Shown piece by piece: positions 1-12,675 of a DNA stretch of 64,000 nucleotides. Position numbers and translations under genes: made by a program. The notes under the pieces are model-generated. The model was not told the origin of the DNA, did not search any database, and saw only the letters and a list, made by a program, of their open reading frames with translations. The stretch comes from a phage, in sequence record PZ452594.1; one strand, 5' to 3'. Each line of letters opens with the position of its first letter. Positions within the stretch are counted from its first letter, which is position 1.

Positions 1-183
1 CATAAATCCAACCAGTAAAGAAATTATGAACTTGAATTGTAAAGGTGAAATCTGTTCCCATACCTTCTGTTGTTTCTACTTCAATAATATCACCTTCAAC
101 TGCCATTAAAAACCACATAGTTTCATCATATTTACCATTGAAACATTTAGTTTTAACTGTAGCGTTCAGATTAATCGTTTTCA
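1..183 (-). CDS. hypothetical protein, N-terminal part (ORF runs off the window start)
   Basis: ATG at 181-183 (minus) preceded by SD-like GGAG; frame open to position 1; translated start MKTINLNATVKTKCFNGKYDE. Confidence 0.45.
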
Positions 184-211
184 TTTTATTCTCCTTTGTT
201 TGTATAAGATA

Positions 212-241
212 ATACTATCACAAAGGAGCTATACTGTAAAC
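212..241 (-). promoter_or_regulatory. T4-type early promoter (GTTTAC, 18-bp spacer, TAGTAT) upstream of the 1-183 ORF
   Basis: Minus-strand GTTTAC at 236-241 and -10-like hexamer at 212-217, AT-rich upstream. Confidence 0.45.
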
Positions 242-264
242 AACTTTTTATGCAATCTTTGGAA

Positions 265-292
265 AATAAAAAAGGACTCCCGAAGGAGTCCT
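265..292 (-). terminator. intrinsic terminator hairpin after the 297-473 ORF
   Basis: Stem AGGACTCC / loop CGAA / stem GGAGTCCT followed on the minus-strand RNA by a U-run; same hairpin recurs at 53724-53743. Confidence 0.55.
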
Positions 293-296
293 CAAC

Positions 297-473
297 TTAT
301 GCTTTCTGCTTACCAAAACGAGAAGCATCATCTCGAAGAACCGCACGTGCTCGGCGCATAATCTTCTCAACAGTTTGATTGATACGAGAGTTCGACCCAC
401 GCTTGTAGCCAGCGCGTTTAGAATCACCAACTTTCTTTTCAACTGCTTTCTTTGCTTTAACTTGTTTTGCCAT
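297..473 (-). CDS. small basic protein, 58 aa (30.9-like by position)
   Basis: Track ORF 297-515 trimmed to internal ATG at 471-473; lysine/arginine-rich. Confidence 0.5.
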   Translation of the reverse strand: MAKQVKAKKAVEKKVGDSKRAGYKRGSNSRINQTVEKIMRRARAVLRDDASRFGKQKA

Positions 474-718
474 TATAAATTCTCTTTTAAATGAAAATGC
501 AGGACTTATTGGCATTGCCTGCGCAAGCCCTCAAGGGGAACATAGGTTTTTGGATATTTAACGACCAGGATAACCATAAACCCGTCATCATTCACATTCA
601 AGAGGTACACCGTAAAACTGCCGGGGTCTTAAAACTATAATGATTCGCAAATCATTAATCAGACAGTTCGACGGCTCCTCGATTTTAGCTCACACTAAGG
701 CAGTGAATCTCCAATAAA

Positions 719-967
719 TTACTTCAGTGTTACCACAAAGTGACGAACTGCTTTTCGTGCAGCAGAAGCCAGAGGCTTAGCATATTTAAGTTCATCTTTT
801 TCCTGAAGCTCAGCAGCTAATGCAGTTTGAGCAGGATTCAGATGTTTGAAATAACGCAGGATTTCAAGAGCTTCGGCTTCAACATCAATAGATGCGCCAT
901 AGTTTTCGTGACCATTATTCCATGCGTTTCGTTGCAGTTCAAGAGCGTGTTGTAATTGTTTAATCAT
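719..967 (-). CDS. rIII: rIII lysis-inhibition accessory protein
   Basis: 82-aa ORF matching T4 RIII in length, sequence recall and position next to gene 31. Confidence 0.85.
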   Translation of the reverse strand: MIKQLQHALELQRNAWNNGHENYGASIDVEAEALEILRYFKHLNPAQTALAAELQEKDELKYAKPLASAARKAVRHFVVTLK

Positions 968-1106
968 TTAAAAATTCTCGTTAGAGATTAAAACTCGGTA
1001 GTCACGTTCTTCTGAATTTCATCTTCTTTCGACAGATCTCTCAGTTGTAGACTACCACATAGAATTGTTCGGTTAACTTATTATTCCGACACCCAATTCA
1101 TATTAT

Positions 1107-1114
1107 TATTTATA
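1107..1114 (-). promoter_or_regulatory. late-promoter box TATAAATA (minus strand) between 31 and rIII
   Basis: Exact TATAAATA on minus strand; T4 late promoters are defined by this -10 box. Confidence 0.4.
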
Positions 1115-1450
1115 TCACTTATAAAGACACGGAATAGCTTTATAGTGACAAGTAACGAATTTTTGTTTAATTTCTTTTGGCTGCTTAAGACCCAGAGCTA
1201 CAAAAGGATGCGGAACATTTCGAATTTGACCAACTGGAAGAGAAGTCAAATCACCAACTTCGCAGAAACCCTCAGGAACATCAGGACCAACAGAGTGAAC
1301 TACACACAATTCAGGAACTTCACCTTGAACACGTTTACCGATAATAAGTCCTGATTCTGTAACTTCTTCATCACCGGCTTGTGCAGGTTCAGAAACTAAA
1401 ATAACATATTCACCGACAGCACGAATTGGTAGCTGTTGTACTTCAGACAT
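1115..1450 (-). CDS. 31: gp31 co-chaperonin (GroES analogue)
   Basis: 111-aa ORF matching T4 gp31 in length and sequence recall; conserved position between rIII and cd. Confidence 0.9.
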
Positions 1451-1506
1451 CGTTTTTCCTTTTTGCTAACAGATGAATTAATAATAACAAATAATTCTTA
1501 AAGCAT

Positions 1507-1815
1507 TTATTTACCAATAAATTGAAGCAAATGCTCAACTTTCATACCATTAACAGAAATCAATTTGTCAATAGAAAAACCTCGCCAAGCGCCAAGTTCA
1601 ACATCAAATACTGGAATCATATCCGTAGATTCTTTCCGAGTAGATTCAGTCAATTTACCAGTTTGCATGGTTGGCATAAAGTCTGCATCACGAGTACCTT
1701 TCATAGTACGAATAGTACCATCAGACTTTTCAAAAACTATGTTTGAAACACCCATAGACAATTTAGTTTTCAAAATTTCACGAATTGCTACTTTCTGCTC
1801 AGTTGTCAGTTTCAT
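1507..1815 (-). CDS. hypothetical protein (31.1-like)
   Basis: 102-aa ORF in the early-gene orientation. Confidence 0.55.
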   Translation of the reverse strand: MKLTTEQKVAIREILKTKLSMGVSNIVFEKSDGTIRTMKGTRDADFMPTMQTGKLTESTRKESTDMIPVFDVELGAWRGFSIDKLISVNGMKVEHLLQFIGK

Positions 1816-2052
1816 TTATTTACCTATTACAGTTTTAATATGAGTTGTTCCACGTTCTTTAAGGGTGGAAAGTAATTTTTGGCATTTTTCTAAATCAGAT
1901 TTCCAACTATATGGTCTATCAATACTAGTCCAATCAGTTTTATAATACTGTTTCCATTTAGAGAAAAAATATTTCTTATACTCTACAGCAAATGAGATGT
2001 TCTCGTTAGAATAAGAACTAATTGCTGTGAGCTTTACCAAACGAAATTTCAT
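1816..2052 (-). CDS. hypothetical protein (31.2-like)
   Basis: 78-aa ORF; stop overlaps cd-upstream arrangement. Confidence 0.5.
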   Translation of the reverse strand: MKFRLVKLTAISSYSNENISFAVEYKKYFFSKWKQYYKTDWTSIDRPYSWKSDLEKCQKLLSTLKERGTTHIKTVIGK

Positions 2053-2633
2053 TATTCACCACAGAATTCGTTGATATTTTCCCAGTTTAACTTATTCAAG
2101 TTTTTCTTAGGAACATTAAACACTTCAATACCCGCATTTCGCAGAATATCATCCCAGCCAGGTTTATTTTTATCGTATGTTTCGCAATAAACCAGCTTTT
2201 TAATACCAGATTGAGCTATCGCTTTTGCACAATCTGGGCAAGGAGAAAGTGTTACATACATAGTAGCACCTTCAATAGAAGAACCATTTCGTGCAGCAAA
2301 CAAAATTGCATTTAGTTCAGCATGAATTTCATTTTTAGATGACCATTCCGAGTGAGCGCTGCGGTGTTCTTTCGCCAAGACAAAACGATCAGTTGAACCA
2401 AATGATACACATTCAGGCTTATGACCTTGAATGATAGTATGTTTAGGCTTATTCAGTAACCAGCCTTGCTCAGCAGCATAATCACAACAGTTCACACCCC
2501 CTGCGGGTGAACCATTATACCCAGTAGAAATAATACGTCCATTCTTTTCAATTACTGCTCCTACCTTCCAGGAGCAACATTTTGATTCCTGTGATACTAA
2601 ATATGCAATTTGAAGTACTGTACTCGCTTTCAT
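2052..2633 (-). CDS. cd: dCMP deaminase
   Basis: 193 aa; zinc-binding HAE...PCxxC deaminase motifs (HAELNAI, SPCPDCAKAI). Confidence 0.9.
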   Translation of the reverse strand: MKASTVLQIAYLVSQESKCCSWKVGAVIEKNGRIISTGYNGSPAGGVNCCDYAAEQGWLLNKPKHTIIQGHKPECVSFGSTDRFVLAKEHRSAHSEWSSKNEIHAELNAILFAARNGSSIEGATMYVTLSPCPDCAKAIAQSGIKKLVYCETYDKNKPGWDDILRNAGIEVFNVPKKNLNKLNWENINEFCGE

Positions 2634-2968
2634 TTCATAATCACCAGATAAGCAGATTTAGCAGTTTCAACACGATAAATTTCGTGACGAAGTTTAGTTA
2701 TACTTTTAATAACAGAACTAATTATATTCTGCCCATCTTTAAAGCGGTTTTTCTTATCAATAAAAACTGCGCCAGTCATCTTTTTGTGAAGCTCAACCGG
2801 ATACTTCGTCACAATAATAGCATCATACACAGAAGGATGAATACTATTCACCAGAGTATCATTCATTAAAGTTATTCTAATGAACTGTGCTGTTTCAGAA
2901 TCAAGCGCTCTATGATCGCCAGTATCATTTTCAAGACAATTATCAATTATATCAGTTAAATTCATCAT
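2630..2968 (-). CDS. hypothetical protein (cd.1-like)
   Basis: 112-aa ORF, start overlaps next gene stop. Confidence 0.5.
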   Translation of the reverse strand: MMNLTDIIDNCLENDTGDHRALDSETAQFIRITLMNDTLVNSIHPSVYDAIIVTKYPVELHKKMTGAVFIDKKNRFKDGQNIISSVIKSITKLRHEIYRVETAKSAYLVIMK

Positions 2969-3201
2969 AGTACGCCATACACCCTTTGTGCTTCAACTAA
3001 TCCATCAAAATCTAATTTAAGATGCGATATTTGATCGCCATCACCTGGATTCACAATTACTAATACTGAACGAGGGGTTTCAGTAATAACACGAACCGAT
3101 GTTTCAGGAAATCGTTCAGAAACCTTATTTACTAATTCCTGTGCAAATAGTTTAACTTTTTCTTGGAATTCTTTAACAGTAATTGGTTTTTCACTTAGCA
3201 T
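2965..3201 (-). CDS. hypothetical protein
   Basis: 78-aa ORF with SD GAGGAAAACAAA before ATG. Confidence 0.5.
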   Translation of the reverse strand: MLSEKPITVKEFQEKVKLFAQELVNKVSERFPETSVRVITETPRSVLVIVNPGDGDQISHLKLDFDGLVEAQRVYGVL

Positions 3202-3231
3202 TTTGTTTTCCTCATTTGTTTTGGTAGAGCT

Positions 3232-3261
3232 ATAATATCACAACTCTACCGTAAAGTAAAC
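3232..3261 (-). promoter_or_regulatory. T4-type early promoter (GTTTAC-18-TATTAT)
   Basis: GTTTAC at 3256-3261 (minus), -10 at 3232-3237, just upstream of the 2965-3201 ORF. Confidence 0.5.
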
Positions 3262-3263
3262 TA

Positions 3264-3539
3264 TTAAATTGCTTTGAATTCTGATGTCTGTGATTCAAAG
3301 CGAATATCGCCTTTGATGACTAGCTCAGCATCAAGACCGAATACGACAATGATATGCGCTGAACCTGGATACAACGTGATGGCAACAGAATCCACCTGGT
3401 CTGGAAGCAAAGTATTCAATACATGAGTCACTTGAGCATGGATTCGAAGCTCAGCTGCATTATCAAGTTTTTCAAACATATTATTAGCGATAATTTGGCT
3501 AAACACTACTTCTACGATTTTAGAGTAAGTCGGAAACAT
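3264..3539 (-). CDS. hypothetical protein
   Basis: 91-aa ORF. Confidence 0.5.
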   Translation of the reverse strand: MFPTYSKIVEVVFSQIIANNMFEKLDNAAELRIHAQVTHVLNTLLPDQVDSVAITLYPGSAHIIVVFGLDAELVIKGDIRFESQTSEFKAI

Positions 3540-3541
3540 AT

Positions 3542-3734
3542 TTACCTCACATAATTTTCTTCAAGCCAATCAATAACATCCAAAGCGTTATCAAAAGTTG
3601 CGCCATCTACTTTGTCTTCTGTTTCATAATCAAGAACATCTAGGCCTACTCTTCCGTCAACAATAGGCCATAGACAAAATAGATATTTCTTTTCTTTTTC
3701 AATTTTATCACAAAGACGATAAATCTTTTCTAGG

Positions 3735-3742
<8 letters not shown>
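3542..3742 (-). CDS. hypothetical protein
   Basis: 66-aa acidic ORF. Confidence 0.45.
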
Positions 3743-4840
<1,098 letters not shown>

Positions 4841-4936
4841 TTAATCCTATTCCATAGTCCAAATCCATGTATACTGCACCATTGTATACATCGTTGTAAC
4901 GGTATAACGGTCTGAGCATTCTAACATAGTTTTCAT

Positions 4937-5164
4937 TTATTTTTTCTCAACCAATGATTGAATATAATCATGCAGGTCTTTAGATGCTTTACCCCACTTA
5001 TTTTGATATTCATTTTTGAGATTAGCACGTGATTGAGCTAATAAAACATCATTAGTTGGAGGTAAAGATTCTAATCGCTGAATTTGGCGTCCATAAATCA
5101 TTGCAGCCATCTCGGATTCATAAATCAATCCTTTGAGATGTTCAAATTGATGCCATGAAATCAT
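4937..5164 (-). CDS. hypothetical protein (pseT.1-like)
   Basis: 75-aa ORF. Confidence 0.5.
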   Translation of the reverse strand: MISWHQFEHLKGLIYESEMAAMIYGRQIQRLESLPPTNDVLLAQSRANLKNEYQNKWGKASKDLHDYIQSLVEKK

Positions 5165-5460
5165 TTACATTTATCCTCTTTTAACTCTTGACGATAATAA
5201 CATATCATAGTTTTCTGGTCATGTACATATCGTTTTACATCATTAAGCCAAATACGAAATTCCTGAGAATCTTCAAATGGCATACCGACCCAAGCTTTAC
5301 CATCGATAACTTTAACTTGCCAAGATAGTTTAGCTTCGTCATATGACTTTATTTGCACAGGCCAATTAGGATGAACTGTTTCTTTCTTTACTTCTAGAGG
5401 CTTTGTAGAACAACCAACTAGAAGACCAATAGATAATATTACTGCTGATAGTTTAATCAT
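5161..5460 (-). CDS. outer-membrane spanin (lipoprotein), pseT.2-like
   Basis: 99 aa; signal peptide with lipobox LLVGC; directly downstream of a coiled-coil membrane protein. Confidence 0.65.
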   Translation of the reverse strand: MIKLSAVILSIGLLVGCSTKPLEVKKETVHPNWPVQIKSYDEAKLSWQVKVIDGKAWVGMPFEDSQEFRIWLNDVKRYVHDQKTMICYYRQELKEDKCK

Positions 5461-5810
5461 TTAGAAAGGTCCTGGATGTCTTCTGCGAACTTGTTGAAGG
5501 AGTTGTTGATTTGTTTTTCAACCAATCCTGGCTTATGAGCCACCACATCCGCCTTCTTTGCATCTTTGCGCAGTTTTTCATTTTCACGCTCAATAGCAGC
5601 AATTGCCTCACGATTTTTATTATTCATCGCATCAATATAATTATACTGAATTCGCAAATTATTTAATGCTAAGGCGTTTTCATTGGCCGTTTTTGTAATT
5701 TCTACAACAGACGTTTCTAATCTTTCAATTTTATTTTTTAAAATTAAAGAAGTTCCGCCTAATGCAATTACAATTAATAGCAAACCTGCTGTCGTATTAC
5801 TTAATTGCAT
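5457..5810 (-). CDS. inner-membrane spanin, pseT.3-like
   Basis: 117 aa; N-terminal transmembrane anchor followed by coiled-coil-like periplasmic domain. Confidence 0.65.
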   Translation of the reverse strand: MQLSNTTAGLLLIVIALGGTSLILKNKIERLETSVVEITKTANENALALNNLRIQYNYIDAMNNKNREAIAAIERENEKLRKDAKKADVVAHKPGLVEKQINNSFNKFAEDIQDLSK

Positions 5811-6304
5811 AAAGTTTTAATAACCTCTATAATATCGTCTTGAGAAAGACCGTTAATTAAAATATGATGTTCAGCTGGAGATTTAGAAATTTTAAAGCAC
5901 GCCTCAACATCTTCTGCCATATCCGATGCACTACGATTTGGATTACTAATACCAAGGCGGTGTTTTCCCGTCAAAGGATTAACGATGATATAGCATTTGC
6001 AGCTATTGATATGAACATTGGGTTGAGTCTGATTAATGAACACTTCACAATCATACTTAGCGAGTTGATTTTCTAAAAAGACTTTCATCTCCTCAACCGC
6101 ATCAGGAAGCATATCACGGGCTTGCTCAAGACGACGATTTCGATATTCTTTAATGGTCGTTTTCCGCTTGACTTGCTTAGCTAAATCTTTCTTAAGATCG
6201 GTGATATATCCAACTCGACGATTTCCTTTGAATACAGAAATCCCATCTGTAGTATCACCGTATGCTTCAACGACCATTTCAGTAGTAATAAGCTGCAAAT
6301 CCAT
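5801..6304 (-). CDS. alc: Alc-like host transcription inhibitor
   Basis: 167 aa from second ATG; assigned from conserved position between the pseT cluster and rnlA and matching length. Confidence 0.55.
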   Translation of the reverse strand: MDLQLITTEMVVEAYGDTTDGISVFKGNRRVGYITDLKKDLAKQVKRKTTIKEYRNRRLEQARDMLPDAVEEMKVFLENQLAKYDCEVFINQTQPNVHINSCKCYIIVNPLTGKHRLGISNPNRSASDMAEDVEACFKISKSPAEHHILINGLSQDDIIEVIKTLCN

Positions 6305-6335
6305 CATAAAGTCCTCATGTTATGTCAGTAAGATT

Positions 6336-6365
6336 ATTATAACACAACATGAGGGACTTGTAAAC
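6336..6365 (-). promoter_or_regulatory. T4-type early promoter (GTTTAC-18-TATAAT)
   Basis: GTTTAC at 6360-6365 and TATAAT at 6336-6341 (minus strand), just upstream of alc. Confidence 0.55.
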
Positions 6366-6368
6366 AGC

Positions 6369-7956
<1,588 letters not shown>

Positions 7957-7983
7957 AATAAAATGGGCCTTGCGGCCCACTCC

Positions 7984-9162
7984 TTAAAAATATTTTTTAA
8001 AACTCATCATAACTTTATCATCAACATCATTATCAATCTGTGCTACAAGGTAAGATGACAGTTCTACTTCTTGCGGTGCAGATTGAACATTATCAGAATT
8101 AAGATATTCACGAATCCAAGGATATGGATGTTTAACCGGAGCATCGGCAATTGGGCATGGAAGACCGCACTGTTTCATACGAGATACAGTTAAGTAATCA
8201 ATAAAGCTCCACATGCTATTTGTATTTAATCCAGGAACATCGCCATCTTTAAATAAATGAACTGCCCAGTCTTTTTCTTGACGGTTAACTTCCATGAAAA
8301 TATCAACTGCTTCTTGTTCACACTCTTGGGCGATTTTAACCCATTCATCACCATCAGTGCCAAGTTGAAGTTGACGAATAATATATTGGGTGCCTTTAAG
8401 GTGAAGCTGCTCATCACGAGCAATGAACTTCATAATCTTGGCATTACCTTCCATGATTTCCATGTTCTTATGGAAGTTAAAGGTACATGCGAAAGATACA
8501 TAAAAACGAATAGCTTCCAATGCGTTGATTACATGCAAACAGAGGTAAAGAGATTTCATTAGCTCATGCTTCCAATATGTCTCATGCTCAATAGCATCTT
8601 CAATAACGTCTTCGTCTGCATTAATTTCTTTTTGGTATTCGATATCAGCTTTAGCGTTTTCCCAATAACGAGTTTTAATCAGAACATCATCATAATAGCG
8701 TCCAATAGATTCGGCTCGTTTCATAATAGCTTCATCTAATACAATTTCATCAAATACCTTCGATGGATCAGTATAAAGATTTCGCATGATATGAGTATAT
8801 GAACGACTGTGAATAGTTTCACTAAAAGTCCATGTAGCAACCCATGTATCAAGGCTTGGGTCTGAAATTAATGACATAAGTACAGCAGATGGCGCGCGAC
8901 CCTGAATGCTATCTAAAAGTGATTGATACTTCAAGTTGTTAGTAAAAATATTTTGCTGATACTGAGGAAGCTTATTAAACTGTGCAGCATCCATCATCAA
9001 GTTTACTTCTTCAGGACGCCAGAAAAAACTGATCTGCCGCTCAATGAGTTCTTCAAATACTCGATGTCGTTGAATATCATATCGAGCTAAACCTAATCCA
9101 GAACCAAAGAACATCGGTTCATTCAAAACATCAACTGGATTTGTATTAAAAACTGTACTCAT
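7984..9162 (-). CDS. nrdB: ribonucleotide reductase small subunit, uninterrupted
   Basis: 392-aa continuous ORF; di-iron ligand E/H pattern; no intron in the reading frame. Confidence 0.93.
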   Translation of the reverse strand: MSTVFNTNPVDVLNEPMFFGSGLGLARYDIQRHRVFEELIERQISFFWRPEEVNLMMDAAQFNKLPQYQQNIFTNNLKYQSLLDSIQGRAPSAVLMSLISDPSLDTWVATWTFSETIHSRSYTHIMRNLYTDPSKVFDEIVLDEAIMKRAESIGRYYDDVLIKTRYWENAKADIEYQKEINADEDVIEDAIEHETYWKHELMKSLYLCLHVINALEAIRFYVSFACTFNFHKNMEIMEGNAKIMKFIARDEQLHLKGTQYIIRQLQLGTDGDEWVKIAQECEQEAVDIFMEVNRQEKDWAVHLFKDGDVPGLNTNSMWSFIDYLTVSRMKQCGLPCPIADAPVKHPYPWIREYLNSDNVQSAPQEVELSSYLVAQIDNDVDDKVMMSFKKYF

Positions 9163-9857
9163 TTAGAATCCTTAAATTTACATTTATCATAATGCCATCT
9201 TAAAGCATTGCCTTTATTAACTTTCTTACCACAGTGCGGGCAAGGTGGATACTCTGCTCCTTGTTTAGTTCTCAAAGAAATCAAATCACGGGTTTCTTTA
9301 GTATGAGGAACATCTCTTGTCGGAGAAATTGTACCATACATCGGATTAAGCACGCCGACTTTAGCAGCAGCTATATTCTTTTTAGCTTCTTCAGTTTTAG
9401 GCTTTCTCATCTTTTTCTTAGTTTCTTCGCTTTTAGCCCTTCCTTTGGTTGCCGCCGATATTTTGTGTTTGGTTTCTTCTGTTAAACGCAGACCTGTTTT
9501 CGCTTTTGACATTTTCAGTCTCGTTTCTTCAGAAATGACCGTACCTTTGCGAAATTGTGAATTTAACTTCTTTGCATGGGCATATATTTTAGAATGAACT
9601 TTATAATGACGTTTCTTAGTTCCTTTCATATTGCACATCATGAAAAATGCGAATATAACAGATTTTACCGGATAAATCTTTGATAAAATAGCATGCGCTA
9701 TAAAATGTTCTCTAGCTGTTAATTCAACTAAATTTTCTTTATCATCAGAACCTCCCATGCATTTAGGGACTATATGATGTGTCTCTTTATATTCGGATAA
9801 AGGTTCCCGAGCCTGAGCTCGGGAAATTAGGTCGTTATAGATTTTTTGATAATTCAT
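9159..9857 (-). mobile_element. mobE: free-standing HNH homing endonuclease with NUMOD3-type repeats (mobE-like)
   Basis: 232 aa; HNH core HHIVPKCMGGSDDKENLVELTAREHFIAHA; three repeats of the form SEETR/KxKxS..K; sits between nrdA and nrdB. Confidence 0.8.
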
Positions 9858-12121
9858 TACAATTTACACGCTGCACAATCGTCGGCTTTTGGAGTTTCTA
9901 TTTCATAATCATCAGTACCAGAACCATCGCGGGTATTATGATAATAGAAATTTTTTCCGCCAAAATACCAAAAATACAAAAGGTCATCAATCATTATTGA
10001 CATTGGAACCTTTCCTTTAGGGAAGATTTGGGGGTCATAGTATGTATTCGCTGAAGCTGATTGACATACCCATTTCAGCATAATAGCTACCTGCGTAAGA
10101 TAAGGTTTATTACCTTTCTTAGCTAATTTCCATGTATAATCATAGAGGTCTATGTTATGCTCAATATTGGGCACGACTTGATTAAAGGAGCCCTCTTTTG
10201 ATTCTTTAACAGAGACTGGTCCACGTGGAGGCTCGATACCGTTTGTACTGTTAGAAACTTGGGAAGATGACTCACATGGCATAAGTGCTGATAATGTGCT
10301 ATTACGGATGCCAAAGAGCTTAAGGTCTTCCCGCAGCGACGACCAGTCACAAACGTATTTTGGAGCTGCGATTTGGTCAATCTTTTTATTGTACCAGTCG
10401 ATAGGTAATTCGCCTCGAGACCAACGAGTGTCTGAATAATATTCGCAAGGTCCTTTTTCTTTGGCGATCTTAATGGATGCTTTAATGAGTCCATACTGTA
10501 ATCTCTCAAATAGTTCATGTGTTAAATCGTTAGCATCTTCATAAGAAGCAAAGTTACTTGCCAGCCAAGCTGCATAGTTAGTAACACCTACACCAAGGTT
10601 TCGACGCTTTTTAGCTTTTTCTGCTTCAGGAACTGGATATCCTTGGTAATCCAAAAGATTATCAAGAGCACGAACTTGAACTTCTGCTAATTCATTAATT
10701 TTATCTTGGTCTTGCCAATCGAAGTTATCCAGCACAAATGCAGATAACGTGCACAATCCAATTTCAGCATCAGGACTATTCACATCATTTGTTGGAATAG
10801 CAATTTCACAGCACAAGTTACTCTGACGAATAGGTGCCTTTTCACGAATAAACGGAGTGTAGTTATTCGTATTATCAATGAACTGCACATAAATCCTTGC
10901 TGTTCCTGAACGTTCAGTCATGAGCAATTCAAATAGTTCACGGGCTTTAATACGCTTTTTACGAATATTAGGGTCTTTTTCTGCTGCTTCGTATAATTCA
11001 CGGAAACGGTCTTGGTCTTTAAAATAAGAATAATAAAGCTCTCCACCCATTTCATGTGGACTGAACAAAGTAATGTAATCGTTCTTTCCAAAACGTTCCA
11101 TCATTAGATCATTCAGTTGAACACCATAATCCATATGACGAATGCGGTTTTCTTCTACGCCTTTGTTATTTTTTAAAACGAGAAGATTTTCAACTTCCAA
11201 ATGCCAAATAGGATAATAAGCAGTAGCAGCGCCGCCACGAATTCCACCCTGTGAGCATGATTTAACTGCAGTCTGAAAATGTTTCCAAAAAGGAATAACA
11301 CCAGTATGGCGTACTTCACCCATGCCAATCTTAGAACCTTCGGCACGAATCATACCAACGTTAATACCAATTCCAGCGCGTTTAGAGATATATTCAACAA
11401 TTGAAGCGGAAGCCTTATTGATAGACTTTAATGAATCACCTGCCTCAATAACAACACATGAACTAAACTGTCGAGTCGGAGTACGACAACCAGCCATAAT
11501 AGGAGTTGGCAATGAAATCTGTCGAGTAGATACTGCTTCATAAAAACGGATAACATGTTTTAATCTATCAACAGGTTCATCTTGATGCAGTGCCATTCCA
11601 ATAGTCATAAATGCAAACTGTGGAGTTTCATAAATTTGACCAGTGGTTTTATCTTTGACTAGATATTTTTCTTTTAATTGCATCGCCCCGGAATAAGTAA
11701 ATTCCATATCCCGCTCGTGCTTAATTTTTGATTCTAAAAATGTAATTTCTTCTGCTGAATATTTTGACAATAATTCAGGGTCATATTTACCTGCATTTAC
11801 ACAATAAGAAATATGGTCAATAAATGAACGTGGTTCATACTGCCCATAAACATGCTTACGAAGAGAGAACATTAAACAGCGAGCGGCTACATATTGGTAA
11901 TCAGGCTCTTCAACTGAAATAGAATTTGCAGCAGCCTTAATGACAATAGTCTGAATATCATCAGTTGTCATTCCATCACGGAGATAAGATTTAATATTTT
12001 CATATAATTCATAAGGATCTACTGATGTTCCCTCAGCTGCCCAAGATAAAACTTTAATAATTTTTTGTGGGTCAAAGCTCTGAGAAACACCACTACTTTT
12101 GATAACATTAATTAATTGCAT
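9857..12121 (-). CDS. nrdA: ribonucleotide reductase large subunit
   Basis: 754 aa; class I RNR catalytic-site motifs (NLCCEI, PCESSS) and C-terminal CxxC redox pair. Confidence 0.95.
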   Translation of the reverse strand: MQLINVIKSSGVSQSFDPQKIIKVLSWAAEGTSVDPYELYENIKSYLRDGMTTDDIQTIVIKAAANSISVEEPDYQYVAARCLMFSLRKHVYGQYEPRSFIDHISYCVNAGKYDPELLSKYSAEEITFLESKIKHERDMEFTYSGAMQLKEKYLVKDKTTGQIYETPQFAFMTIGMALHQDEPVDRLKHVIRFYEAVSTRQISLPTPIMAGCRTPTRQFSSCVVIEAGDSLKSINKASASIVEYISKRAGIGINVGMIRAEGSKIGMGEVRHTGVIPFWKHFQTAVKSCSQGGIRGGAATAYYPIWHLEVENLLVLKNNKGVEENRIRHMDYGVQLNDLMMERFGKNDYITLFSPHEMGGELYYSYFKDQDRFRELYEAAEKDPNIRKKRIKARELFELLMTERSGTARIYVQFIDNTNNYTPFIREKAPIRQSNLCCEIAIPTNDVNSPDAEIGLCTLSAFVLDNFDWQDQDKINELAEVQVRALDNLLDYQGYPVPEAEKAKKRRNLGVGVTNYAAWLASNFASYEDANDLTHELFERLQYGLIKASIKIAKEKGPCEYYSDTRWSRGELPIDWYNKKIDQIAAPKYVCDWSSLREDLKLFGIRNSTLSALMPCESSSQVSNSTNGIEPPRGPVSVKESKEGSFNQVVPNIEHNIDLYDYTWKLAKKGNKPYLTQVAIMLKWVCQSASANTYYDPQIFPKGKVPMSIMIDDLLYFWYFGGKNFYYHNTRDGSGTDDYEIETPKADDCAACKL

Positions 12122-12438
12122 AAGTCCTCAACTTGAAAATCGTCTTTAAACAATCGGTTAACTATATGAGCTATTATATCACCATGACACGGCTTTGGTT
12201 TACATGTGCATCCTAGCCTCATTCCACGTAAAGGCTCTAAATGTGCTTTAGTTATTTCTCCGGATTTAATTCGACGTATAAAATCTTTTTTGAATAATTC
12301 AATGGCAGCCTCCCGGCTGCCAGCATCTTTACCGACGTAATTTCCCCAAAATGTACCACGGTGAATATTAACATCAAAGTCGGATTTGTATTTATTCACT
12401 ACCCGGCATAGACGGCCCACGCTGGAATAATTCGTCAT
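12112..12438 (-). CDS. hypothetical protein (nrdA.1-like)
   Basis: 108-aa ORF overlapping nrdA start. Confidence 0.5.
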
Positions 12439-12667
12439 ATTGTTTTTCCGTTAATACAGTAATATCATAGTAACAATCGGAAGAAGTTTTAACTGTGGAA
12501 ATTTTATTATCAAAATACTCACGAGTCATTTTATGAGTATAGTATTTTTTACCATAAATGGTAATAGGCTGTTCTGGTCCTGGAACTTCTAACTCGCTTG
12601 GGTTAGGAAGTGTAAAAAGAACAACGCCAGAAGTATCTTTAAATCGTAAAATCATATATCCTCGCAA
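12392..12667 (-). CDS. hypothetical protein (nrdA.2-like)
   Basis: 91-aa ORF. Confidence 0.5.
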
Positions 12668-12675
12668 TAATAAAA

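Noticed and set aside
7984-9162. Possible group I intron in nrdB or td
   Set aside because: Both genes translate as single continuous ORFs of the expected length, so no intron is present.
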